Notes under the pieces: model-generated
Told to the model about the DNA's origin: nothing
The model's input: the letters and a program-made list of their open reading frames with translations, nothing else
Databases searched by the model: none
DNA from: Eremomyces bilateralis CBS 781.70
Taxonomy: Eukaryota
Length of the DNA stretch: 60,272 nt
Assembly: GCA_010015585.1 (NCBI GenBank)
Contig: ML975151.1
Direction: 5' to 3' (one strand)
Position numbers and translations under genes: made by a program
Shown here: positions 49,501 to 60,272 of the stretch, piece by piece
Layout: every line of letters starts with the position of its first letter
Numbering within the stretch: the stretch's first letter is position 1

Positions 49501-50895
49501 ATGCCCGCACCTTCCAACACCCTTCTCATTGAGGGGTCCTTCGAAGAATTAGCCGAAGAACTCGCCGTCTATATTGACAACCTCAGGAAAGATGAGGGCG
49601 CAAAGATCCAGGCCGATGTGGCTCCGCTGCTTCAGCAAGAAGGATCAAAAGATGAAGTCATGAAAAAGCTGGTCATCGGGTCGTCGGCCCTGAACAACGC
49701 GCCAGAGAAAGGTTCGCCCACGGAACCATGAAACGCTGCGGTATATCAGGATATATACTGACAATCCATAGAGTTCATTGCCGCATACAATCTCCTCATC
49801 CACCTAATCCAGCAAACGAAGAACCCAAACATGTTCCTCTCGAAAATTTGCCAATATCTTTCGCAACCGATTACCACCTCCCCGCACCACGGCCCCTCAC
49901 TCGCCCTCGCCGTCCTCAGCACCATCTTCAATGTCCTCTCCCCCGACGACGACAGCCGATATCACGTTCTTCTTGCCCTCCTCAGCGTCATCCGATCCGC
50001 CTCCGCATACGATCTCATCAAGCCACAACTCAAAGAACTGGACTCATGGATTGCGTCCTGGGAACTTGACGAGGATGATCAACGCAAACTCTACCTCGCG
50101 CTGAGCGACGTCGCGAAAGACTCCGGCGAGACCGATGCCTCATACACACACTTCGTCAGCGCCCTACGAACGATCCCCGCAGACGAATCAAATGACGAGG
50201 AGAGCCGAACGCTGGCGCTGAAAGGCCTGAAAGCCGCGCTGACCCACCCGAGTCACTTCGACTTCCAAGACCTCACCGAGCTCGACTGCATCCAAGCGCT
50301 CCGCAAATCCGACCCGCTGTACTTCGAGCTGCTGGAGATCTTCGCCGGCGAGACGCTGGAGGAGTACAATGACTTCAACGAGGCAAACGACGACTTCCTT
50401 GAGAGCAGCGGGCTGGATGCCGAGGTGCTGTACCGGAAGTTGCGGCTGCTGACGGTCGCATCGTTGGCGGCGTCGGCGCAGCAGACGCGCACGCTGCCGT
50501 ACTCCGTGATCGCGAAGGCATTGCTGATCCCCCAGGAGGACGTGGAGATGTGGATCATTGACGTGATCCGCGCGGGCCTCGTCGAAGGCAAGTTGAGCCA
50601 ATTGAACCAGACGTTCTTGATCCACCGCAGCACCTACCGGGTGTTCGGAGAGAAGCAGTGGCAGGAGGTCGCGTCGCGTCTGGACATGTGGCGGACGAGC
50701 CTGGTCGGCGTGCTGGAAGTGGTCCGGCAGGAGAAGGAGAACTACGTCGAGCAGGTGGGTCAGGAACAGCGGGAGATGGAATCAAAGGTGAATGGATACC
50801 AGAGGAGACAGGGTGGACGGCAGGGCCAGCAGCATCACCAGCAGAAGGAACAAAAGCCCAAAGTGGTGCCCTCGGATATTGATGATCGGGATTAA
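49501..50895 (+). CDS. eIF3m: Translation initiation factor eIF3 subunit M (PCI domain)
   Basis: MPAPSNTLLIEGSFEELAEELAVYID, intron 49712-49771 (APEK-EFIAAYNLL), RKLRLLTVASLA, EDVEMWIIDVIRAGLVEGKLSQLNQTF, YRVFGEKQW. Confidence 0.93.
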
Positions 50896-51093
50896 TGGGT
50901 GGCGCTGTTTTCGTCGGGTTTGGTACGGGAAACTGGGTTGCTAGAATCGCATACTGGATGAAGTGCTTTACGAAAGGAGATAGATCCTTGTGATTCATCC
51001 TACAAAATTCTATGAGTGTATAACGTTCAATGGTTTACAAGTACTTCGCACATTAACCAATCCGCTTGCAATCGCCAAAAAAAGGCATCCGAT

Positions 51094-51798
51094 CTACGCC
51101 GTCGGATTCAACCCCTTCTTCTTCAACTCCGCCCGCACCTTCTCGTATACTTCTTCGGGCGTCGTAGTGGCCTCAATCCTAACCACCTTGCCTTGCTTCT
51201 CGAACATGTCCACCACCGGCATGCTGGTGTCGACGAACACCCTGAACCGCTTCTTGATGCTCTCCAGGTTGTCATCGGCCCGTCCGGACGTCTTCCCACG
51301 GACGATCAAGCGACTCTCCATAACCTCCTCGGGGCAGTCGAAGAACAGAATGAACCGAGACGGACACACCGTCTTCTCGAATTCGATCGCCTGGTCCATC
51401 TTGCGTGGAAACCCTAGAAACACATATCAATCAGCCAAACCCATCCGAAATTGCATCCAAAATCACCTACCATCGATCAAAAACCGATCCTTCCCCCCAT
51501 CCTTCATCATCTTTCCCATCGCCTTCTCCAACAGCGCAATCGTCACCTCCATCGGCACAATCGTCCCCTCTTTGATATATTCGTTGATCAGCTCCCCGAA
51601 CTGGCTCCCCGCGCGGTTCTGCTCCGCTCGCAACAGATCGCCCGCGCTCAGGTGCGCGAACCCGAAGTCCCGCACCAGGTACTCCGACTGCGTCCCCTTG
51701 CCGGCGCCGGGGCCGCCCAACACGAAGATGACGGTGACGTCGGAGGAGGAGTAGAGCGGTTTTTCGCGCTGCGGAAGCGGTGGCAGAGTGGGCGCCAT
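51094..51798 (-). CDS. URA6: Uridylate (UMP-CMP) kinase
   Basis: [16 protein letters not shown]-loop, [19 protein letters not shown] across intron 51414-51470, [19 protein letters not shown]. Confidence 0.95.
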
Positions 51799-51858
51799 GG
51801 CGTATCGAGATTCGAGGACGTCGGTAAGATAGAAGGTATTTATGTTAGGATGCGTCGC

Positions 51859-52140
51859 TCACGGTCCTGGACCCGGTCGTCGAGTTAGCGAATCGGGCGG
51901 AGCGGTGCCGGCGCGATCCCGCACGATGAGGGCGAAGAGGCCGGTTCCTGAGAGGAAGATGAGGGCGAAGGGCCAGAATTTGAGCTGGTTCTTTTGGGGA
52001 GGGTGCGGGCGCGGTTTCGGGGGACCGTTGGGGGTGGTGCGCGTGTGTGAGGAAACGAAGGTGCGTAAAGGAATGGAGGGATGGAGGTGGAGGAGAAGCT
52101 GTTGGGATGCACGCGAGGGCGGGATGAAGGGACTTCGCAT
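51859..52140 (-). CDS. 93-aa putative mitochondrial single-TM microprotein, upstream of and in frame with URA6
   Basis: R/S/L-rich N-terminus without acidic residues, with an R-x-F-x-S-like cleavage region (LRTFVSS), then a TM segment KFWPFALIFLSGTGLFALIVRDR. TGA at 51861-51859. Confidence 0.65.
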   Translation of the reverse strand: MRSPFIPPSRASQQLLLHLHPSIPLRTFVSSHTRTTPNGPPKPRPHPPQKNQLKFWPFALIFLSGTGLFALIVRDRAGTAPPDSLTRRPGPGP

Positions 52141-52799
52141 GGTCTTGGGGGAGAAGGGTTGGGATTATTGAGGGTTAGGTGGAAGGGTAGATGGAGATAT
52201 GATATCACGATATATTCTTTGCGGTGGGATTTAATACGATAGTATCAAATCCAGCACGTTGATCATTCCTTGGTCAATAAATGGTCACTGGCCATGGATC
52301 AGGAGCTCCTCTTCCTTGCAACAATTTCTTGCATTTCCATCGCCATCTTCCTTGTCACCCCAAATCACAACCTGGTCGGGACTCGGGAGCGTGACCGGTC
52401 GTTGGCGCCAAATAATATACTATTCTTGGCAGAGACTAGATTCAACTGGAGTCAAATTTCAAGCCACCGAAACTCTCATTTGATTCCAACTCAAGCTGTG
52501 ACACTAACGCCAGGCGGGAATACGAGAAAGCCGCGATGGCGCAGTCGTCCCTAATGGACACGCGCTGAACCGTCCGCAAAGAGCACCACATGTCTCTCTT
52601 CGCTTTGTAGTCTTCCATTATTCCGATGTTCATACTATAGCATATTTATTCTAATCACAAGTTGTCTTTTCGCTTCTCTACATGTCTTCCGGTACCCAGT
52701 TATGATCTTGTTCCGTACCATGGTGTTGTTTTGAGCATCCTCCATTGGGTATCCGATATCGTATTCCTGGTCTCCTGAGTCGACGGTCCGGTGACGAAG

Positions 52800-55700
52800 A
52801 TGTCTCTCCATAATCAAGGGCAGTATCAGGCCGGTGGTGCGCCCGCACTGGGTCAAGGTATGAGCATAGTTGCATTCAAGCTTATCGATATCGATATCGA
52901 TACTGACGGGCAGTCACATCAGCCGACCCTTCAGCATATCATCCGCCAGTGTCAGGCACTCCAACACCTCAACAGCAATCATGGCAGCCTCGTCCACAAT
53001 CCATCGCCAGTCCGCCTCCTCAAGCATGGAGTCAATCGCCGTCGACTGCCCAGCCGCCTCCTCCGACAAAATACCAGCAGCAGGCCGCGCAACATGGTCA
53101 TGCACCCCATGCTGGGTACAATCCCGCATCCTATGCGCCCATGGGAGGAGTGCAGGCACAGCAGGGACAATATGCTCAACCAAGCCAACCAGCTCAGGTA
53201 AAAATCGTACGCCGAATGCCACGATATAGTGCCACTGACATCGGAGTTGCAGAACCAACAGTATGCGGTTCCCCCAAGTCCGCACCAGACGCAACAAGTC
53301 CGGCCGGCCCATCAACCCCATCAGTATCAACCTCCGACGCCTCAGCAACCCTCCGCACCATCTCTACCCTCAGGATACCAAGCGGAGATCCAACAGAACC
53401 AGCAGGGTTGGCCTCAACATGCTCCATACTCGTCCCAGCCGCCGACACATCAGTATGAACCTGAGAGCCAACCGCTGGCTCAACCACAAGCGCAGCCGCC
53501 AGCACGGCGGCAGAGTCAATATCAGTACAATCCAGCACCGGACCAGCAATCACAACAGCAGCAAGCTCCGCAACAGCAGCAGACAAGCCAACGACCTCCA
53601 TCTGTGGACTTCTCCCCAATGAATGCTGGCACACAACAATACTTCCCTCCTCAGCAGCACGGGCGACAATCCTCAGTCGCCGGACAAGGATATGGCAGCG
53701 GGCAACAGCAAGTTACTATCGGGACTCCGAGTCAAGCATTCAGCACCCCGGATGAACAAAATCCAGCCTACATCCCACCTTCTCTGTCGGGTCAGGGAGT
53801 CACGGCTTATCAGGTCTCCAACACGAATCCTATGCCAGGCGTGTATATTCCCCCTCCGCCTGAAAATGTGCCGGCATGGTCGCCTCAGCAGCATGCTCCT
53901 TTGGCTCCTGGGACCAAGAGATTCAAGTACGCTCAGCCTTCGGGGAGCTTTGTTCAGAACACACACCCCCCGTCCCAGGTGTACCAACAGCAGCAACAAC
54001 AGCAGCCGCCCCAGCCGATGGCGCAGGGCGGACAATATCCTCCTCAGCAAGCACCGGCTACCCATGTACAGTACCAGCAGCCGGACCAACAGCAGCAGGC
54101 TGCTTATAACCCCCAGTTCGATGCGACGAACCCACAGATCCAGACCCAGTTGCCTCCCGTGCCGCCGCCGAAGGATCCTGTTCCAGGCCAAGCGCAGTAC
54201 AACCAGTCGCATTCGCAGCACTCGCAGTTGCAACAACCCTACCATCAACCACAGCAGGGCCAGCAACCTCCGCAGTTCCAGGCTCCGCAATGGATTCAGC
54301 CACAGGCCCAGCCACAGGCGCCCCCACCGCAGCAGTATGATCCGCATAGTCAAGCAAATGTACAGCAACCGCAGCCGCAAAGTGCACCTCCGAACTACCA
54401 GGCGACGACTGCTACTCCTCAAGCCTATGATCACCAACAGGCAGCAGCGCCACAGAATTTCCAGGCTTCGTCGTCCGCTCCCCAAGGCTACGAGCAAATA
54501 CAGCAGCAACCCGGTGCACCTCAGAATTTCCAGGGGATTTCCCAGCCGGCTCCTCAATCATACGACCAGCAACAGCAAGCGCCTCAGCAATATCAACAGC
54601 AACCGACCGAACAGTCCCAACATGCTGCACAGCAGACGCCGCGCCCTATGCAGTACGCTCCTCAGCAGCAAGCGCACCAGCCGCCACAAGATGCTGCGGC
54701 AGCCATGAAATTGCAGGGAGCGGCTCAACAGACCTACCAAAGCCCTGCTCCTCAACAGGCAGTCGCATCACCAACTCCTCAGATAGACATGCAGCAACAA
54801 TTTCAACCACCGATTGCGCCACAGCCAGGGCAGTATCAACCTCCTCAACCAAGTCAGTACAAGACGCCTCCCCCGCAACCGCAGATGCAGAGCCAACCCC
54901 CACCACAAATGCCTACTCAACCCGTATACGGCGCTGGTACACCCAGTCAAGAATCGAACCTGTACCAAAATCAACAATATCAAGTGCAGATGCCAAAAGA
55001 TTTATCTACTCAAGATAATCAACCGATATCCCCGGTGTCGCAGCTAGGGAGCATCAGCCTCGACTCCATGAGCCAGGTTTCTGGGCCGTCTAGACAAGAT
55101 TCCAATCAGTCCGTGCCGCAGGTTGGGCGGAAACCCGTCCCGGGCGCGGGGCGAGGACCACTTCCCCTGAGGCATGCATCCGTGAGCCAGACGCCGATTA
55201 CGTCGCAACGGCAGGACTCAGTTAGTCAACCGGTCGCGAATCCGAAAGAAGAAAAAGACCCGGCCAAACCAGAAATCAGCGCGTCCGTCCTCGGCTTTGG
55301 CGGGCCGTCTGATTGGGAGCATTTCGGCTCGATGGGCGATGGCGACATTGACGATACAGAGGCGTATGGCGCCAGCGAGCAGACCAATGATGATCAGCCC
55401 ACCTCGCCGCAGCAGTTGGATAGCACGGAAATCGGCACCAGGGCAGATGCAGTGGTGGATCAGAGACAGGATTGGCCAACCCCGCCCGGAGTCCATCGGA
55501 TGGACTCCATCAATAACCGGCCTGTATCAGCCACTGGAGATCTCCCGCCCCCGATGGATTTCGCGGAAAGTGGAGATGTGAAGCCGTCTACCGTCGCAGA
55601 AACCGTTCCCACCCCCGACCTATCAACCTCCACCGCTATGGAGGAGAGCGGATACTACCCCCCCATGCCCGAAGAACCCCAGCCCACCCCGCCCGCGACC

Positions 55701-58382
55701 CGCAAACCCATCGTCATCGGCGGCAGCCTCCGGAAACCCGTCCAACCCCGACCGGAAAGCGTGGCCGAAGAAGCGGGATGGTACCCGCCCATGCCGGAAG
55801 AGCCGGTGTCCGCTCCCCGAGAACGAGCATCAATTGTGATCGGTGGCAGCGCCCCGAAGCCAGCGCTGCAGGAAGAGGCGGCGGATGATGCCCCTTGGTA
55901 TCCGCCGATGCCGGAGGAAAATCCCCAGTCGGTAGCGCGTGAAAGGAAGCCGATTGTTATTGGAGGATCGGCGAAGGCTCCCGAAGCGGCTACGCCTATA
56001 GCAGGATCGTGTGTGATGGATGATAGTGCGATTATCATGGGAGACTCGAATATGGGTGCACCGCCTCCGAACGCCCAGAGGGATACGATCCCGGTACCTG
56101 CGGACACTCCGGTTGTGCATGACGTAGCACTTCCTACCTCGGTGCCTCCACCTCCAAGACTAGAATTTACTCACCCCAACGTCGTTGCGTCGACAGAGCC
56201 AATTACCGCCATTCCCGAACCCAAGGTCACCGCACCTGTCGACCCGCGCGGTGTCCTCGGCGAGTGGTATGCCGCGTCCCTGGAGCGCTACAGAGACATC
56301 CTCTTCCAGGAAGCGGCGGCGCCGACCATCGCGGAAAAATCCCGGCTCTTCACCTCGTTCGTGAAATACGAGTTGGCGCAGCGAAATATCGATTATCCGG
56401 TCACCCCTTCGTCGTCGAAGGGTGACGCCGAGTTGATGCATGCGGACAGACGATCGCCCAGCCCGGTGAGGGTTGAGGAGAAGCCGAGCCAGCTTAGAAG
56501 CGAGCCGGCAAGGCAATCGATGACCTCGCCTCTCCAGATGGACTCGTACGTGATGGTGGAGCCAACCGACGGGGAATATAGCCCCGGTGGCCGACCGATC
56601 CACCGCGGGCAGTTGAAGCGACAGCAGACTCTTCCGCTCGAGAGCGTCCCCCCCCCGACGACGGTTTCGAGAGCACAGTCCTTATCAGGGAACACCCCGC
56701 CCAGCCAACCGCCGTTAGCGTCGCCGGAGCACGTCGTCAAGTTCCCGAAACAGCGAGAGGGGTCGATCAGCCCGCTGCACAGTCGCCCGAGCACGGACAC
56801 GCCGCCGAGGACGGACACGCCACCTGGAGGGGTCTACAAGGCGTATCGTGGTGGATCGGTCGCAAATGATAAAAGTCAAGGGGAGCCGGCAAATAAGGCG
56901 GCGCATCGCGTGTCGCTGCCGCAGATACCGGATGATCCACCACAGCCGGCATATAAACCTTTCTCCGCAAAATTGCCAACAGAACCGGTCATCGTTCCAC
57001 CCCCGGCGCAACAGCCGCCCCCGGTGCAACAGCCGCAGCAGCCGCAGCAACAGGCAGTTATTCCGCCTGCGTTCGATCAAACACCCGGACAACCCCTCAA
57101 AGCGAGAAATCCCCATGATGAAGTCTTCTTTGAGGAACCGCAGCCAACGAAGCCAGCAAAGGAGCGGCCGGGGAGCGGAAATTATTCAAAATCTGGCTTC
57201 CCGGAGCTCGATAATCTGGCGTTTCTGGTTCCCGAGAAGATTGAGAAAGCTCGAGCTGGTCCACATCTAGAGGCATTGAGAGCGGCGTTTAACTCGTTTG
57301 GAAAGGACTTTAGCTTTTTAGCTGCAATCCTGAAAGACTGGGAAGTCAAAGCTACGGATACCCGGACCAAGCTCGATGCGGAGCGCCGCACACGCGAATC
57401 GGACGCCGAGCGACGAAACGACGAGTTATTCGCGTCGCAGGAGATCTCATACGGCGACATCAACGACCTTGAAAGCGCCTTCAACGAAGAAGAGCGCACG
57501 AAGAAAGACGCCGAAGACAAGAGCGAGTGGGAAAGCTACGTCCGCGAGGTCTTCGACCCTAGCTATAGCCGCCTGCAAGAAGAAATCCGCCAAATCATGG
57601 AAGTCTACGTCAAAGTTGAAGACCTCCTCCGCCACGACGCCATCGCCGGCGTCGTCGCACTTTCCCCTTTCGCCTCCGACGACGACGACACCCTCGACGA
57701 CACCCGCCCATCCATCCCCGCCGCCACCCGCCTTCTCACCGACGTCTACCAGCGCATCGACGTCTGCCACAAAGCCGTCACCGACACCGTTGCGGAGCGC
57801 GATCGACGCTACAAGAAAGCCGAGGTGCGCCGCCTCTACGCCGCGAACAGCATCCAGAAGATGAAGACAATGGAAAAACACTTCGAGCAGGCGGAGAAGG
57901 CGGCGGTGCTGCGCGCCAGCCAGGAGCGCGCGGACCGGGTGCGGCGCGCGTGGGAGGTGGTCTCGGCGTCGACGGAGCGGGCGACGCGGCAGAACGGGGG
58001 GGACGTGGCGGCGATCGCCGCGGCGGCGGATCGGATGTTTCCCGGGCTAGAGTTGCGGAAGGCGGGGATGGATGGGGGGGGGAAGGGGCGGTTGAAGGAG
58101 GTGGTGGGGCAGGCGACGGGGGCGGTGGAGGCGCTGACGGAATCGTCGGAGGGGTTAATGCGGGGGTTCCACGAGTTGGATTTGCTGCTGAGTCAGGTGG
58201 AGTTCGATATCAGCGTGGCGGCGTCGCGGATTGAGAATGCGTCGGCGGAGGCACTGGGGGGGTTGGAGGCGCAGAAGAGGGTGGAAGATCGGAGATTGGA
58301 TACGGAATTTGAGAAGCATATGGGGACGTTGAAGAAGGAGTTGGATCTGGGGAAGGAAATGCTGAGGAAACTCTCGATCTGA
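52800..58382 (+). CDS. Very large Q/P-rich low-complexity protein with a C-terminal helical/coiled-coil domain
   Basis: Exons 52800-52857, 52923-53197, 53253-58382 splice in frame. Q/P/Y-rich N-terminal third, LGFGGPSDWEHFG, EYSPGGRP, charged helical C-terminus. Confidence 0.85.
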
Positions 58383-58659
58383 AGGGATGAGCTCACGTCG
58401 AGGGCGCACGATGATCTGGTACGTCTTTCTATAAATTGCCAATTCGTGGTTGCATAAGAGCGATTCCTTTAGCGTGTCGCTGATACTATCGTGTTGTCCA
58501 TTGGGGTTAGGGTTGCTCAAGGGAGCGGTTTGATTCAGATACCTATTTGGAGCATTTACACTTGTTGATTATTTGAACCGAATTTATTGGCATATATGCC
58601 CATCAGTGACCCAGCTGCTGATTCTATTCGTTGCGAATTGCCTGAGCCGGCTCATCTTC

Positions 58660-59536
58660 TCAATGATCATCCCGCTTCACCCAGTCCGCCGATGCCTCGT
58701 AGATGTCTTTGAATGTCTGATCATATCCTACGAATTTGTCGAAGACATCATCCCCTATGGTCTTCACGAATTGTAGGAAGGAAACGATGACAAAATCTGC
58801 ATACGAGACTATAACCACACATAAGTCTTGAGATGGATCCTAGTCTGAACGGCTTCACATACCTGTTTTCCCCTTTACAAACGGCCCCACCTCCCTCTTC
58901 AAAATCTCCGCCCACTCTCTAATCGCGGGCTCTGCCTCCTTCCACGCCCCCTCCCCCCCTTTCGTCTTCTCAAGTTCTTCCAAGGGTGCTCCGAGGGTTT
59001 CTTCACGTGTCCGTACGAAATACTCTTTGTCCCGCTCCGGAAGCAAGCGGCGCGGGACTTTCGGGATAATTCCCTGGTATAGCGGTCCCCACACCCCCCG
59101 AAAGGCAGTCTCGACTTCGGCGAGGACTAGATCATCCAGATATAGCGGAGGAGAGGGATGAAGCGCCTCGAGTTCATGGGCGATGCTCTTGGAGTCCATC
59201 ACATAATGGTCGCCGACTTTTATGGCGGGGATGGTGTATGGTGTGCCAGACTCGCCCGGAGGAATACCGCTGGATGAAACGGTAAGTGATTAATCATCTT
59301 TCTATGGATCGGGATGGGGTGCATATATTACAAGGACTTAAACTTGCCCTCGATATCAGGGTATGCGGTCCACTCGGTCTCGTAATCGATGCCTTTGTAA
59401 TTCAGGACGAGACGAGCTAACACCGTAAGTGATGGGTTTGAGGAACTTATGGAGGGGTCGCACTTTTCCACGGATTATATGTCCAGCATCTCCTTGGCTC
59501 CTTGGTAGGAAGGTCGTAGAGAATGAGTTTCGACAT
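58660..59536 (-). CDS. Fungal glutathione S-transferase (etherase/LigE-like, GSTFuA-related)
   Basis: Four exons read MSKLILYDLP..CWTYNPWK-TRLVLNYKGIDYETEW..YPDI, PYTIPAI..VMDS, EYFVRTRE, GPFVKGKT-VSYADFVIVSFL, ending WVKRDDH*. Confidence 0.85.
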
Positions 59537-59782
59537 GTTCCGATTCTTGCACTTGAGGCTTTCGATAGACACAACTAGCAATGGAACGACAAACGACCAA
59601 AATAAGATGGTACAGAAGGAAAAGGGTCGAATTCCCTAATATTCAACTGCAAAACCAATAAGTTATATAATTATTCTGTGAGTAGATGAGTATATGCCCT
59701 GGTAACTACTGCGTACGCTCCATCCTCGATACTTTGGATTGTGATCTACTACGCCCTGCAGATCACCGATACCTACAGATTA

Positions 59783-60272
59783 TCCGTGCCCCATGACCGC
59801 CCCACAACCTCCGGTTGTGGGTGCTCCCAGACCAAAAGCACAACCCAGGCCAAAAGTACAATTTTATTACCATCATCTATATATCAGAACTCAGGATGTA
59901 AATCGATATAAAAACCGAGATCCTCCGTACTAGTAGGTTGATCGGGTATAGGAGATGGTTCCTGCTGATTTTCCTGTTGATTTTCCCGCTGCCAGTCCCG
60001 CTGTGCCTTCCTAATTACCGCCTCCCGCTCCTTCTGACCACGCGCCTCGATATGACGGTTCGCCTCACTAACGTACAAAGCACCGGTCTGGCTAAGTCCT
60101 GTTTTAACCTGGCGGCGACTCTTTTTGGTTTGCTGGCGGTGTGTGGCTGAAACGGACCCCTTATACGCCTCGATCTCTTCGACCGCCTTGATCAATGACT
60201 CCGTAGCTTGGCGAACGCGACGTTGGTATTTCCGGCTAGAAAGTTGGGCCTCAGGCGTATTTATGATCTTCT
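59783..60272 (-). mobile_element. 3' end of a pogo/Fot1-like (Tc1-mariner superfamily) DNA transposon, truncated by the window edge
   Basis: Minus-strand frame open to the window end with KKSRRQVKTGLSQTGALYVSEANRHIEAR, resembling the C-terminal tail of fungal pogo transposases. Candidate terminus TA|TCCGTGCCCCATGACCGCCCCACAACC at 59781-59809 with repeated CACAACC motifs. Confidence 0.6.

Noticed and set aside
50990..51754. 254-aa plus-strand ORF
   Set aside because: Antisense shadow of URA6.
1..60272. tRNA, rRNA, snRNA genes, and TGA-CTA readthrough to a cryptic PTS1
   Set aside because: No RNA gene recognised by eye, and none of the stops I checked has TGA-CTA or a PTS1-like extension. tRNAscan-SE and Infernal would be needed to exclude small RNAs.

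Overview
Gene-dense genomic DNA from a filamentous ascomycete (Pezizomycotina, inferred from short GT-AG introns with CTRAC branch sites and fungal-type orthologues). Spliced models read by hand, in order: a DEK-C/SWIB protein (Uaf30/Tri1-like), Ubx5-like UBX protein, Ecm29, mitochondrial NAD(P) transhydrogenase, GGTase-I beta subunit, F-BAR/DEP/RhoGAP (Rgd2/Rga8-like), anthranilate synthase component I, NatB auxiliary subunit Mdm20, Rrp9, two uncharacterised proteins, eIF3m, uridylate kinase Ura6, a very large Q/P-rich protein, a fungal GST, and one end of a pogo/Fot1-like DNA transposon. Two gene-poor stretches (about 33.2-36.6 kb and 40-49.4 kb) hold degenerate duplications, possible gene relics and an orphan single-TM ORF. 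The three most notable observations are: (1) a 93-aa ORF resembling a mitochondrial membrane microprotein lies exactly 60 nt upstream of URA6, in frame, with one TGA and an open 20-codon linker between them; (2) C-rich blocks are repeatedly followed by G-rich blocks regardless of gene orientation; (3) the uncharacterised protein at 30.8-33.2 kb has degenerate SLC25/MTCH-like motifs. Family calls come from recalled motifs; no searches were run.
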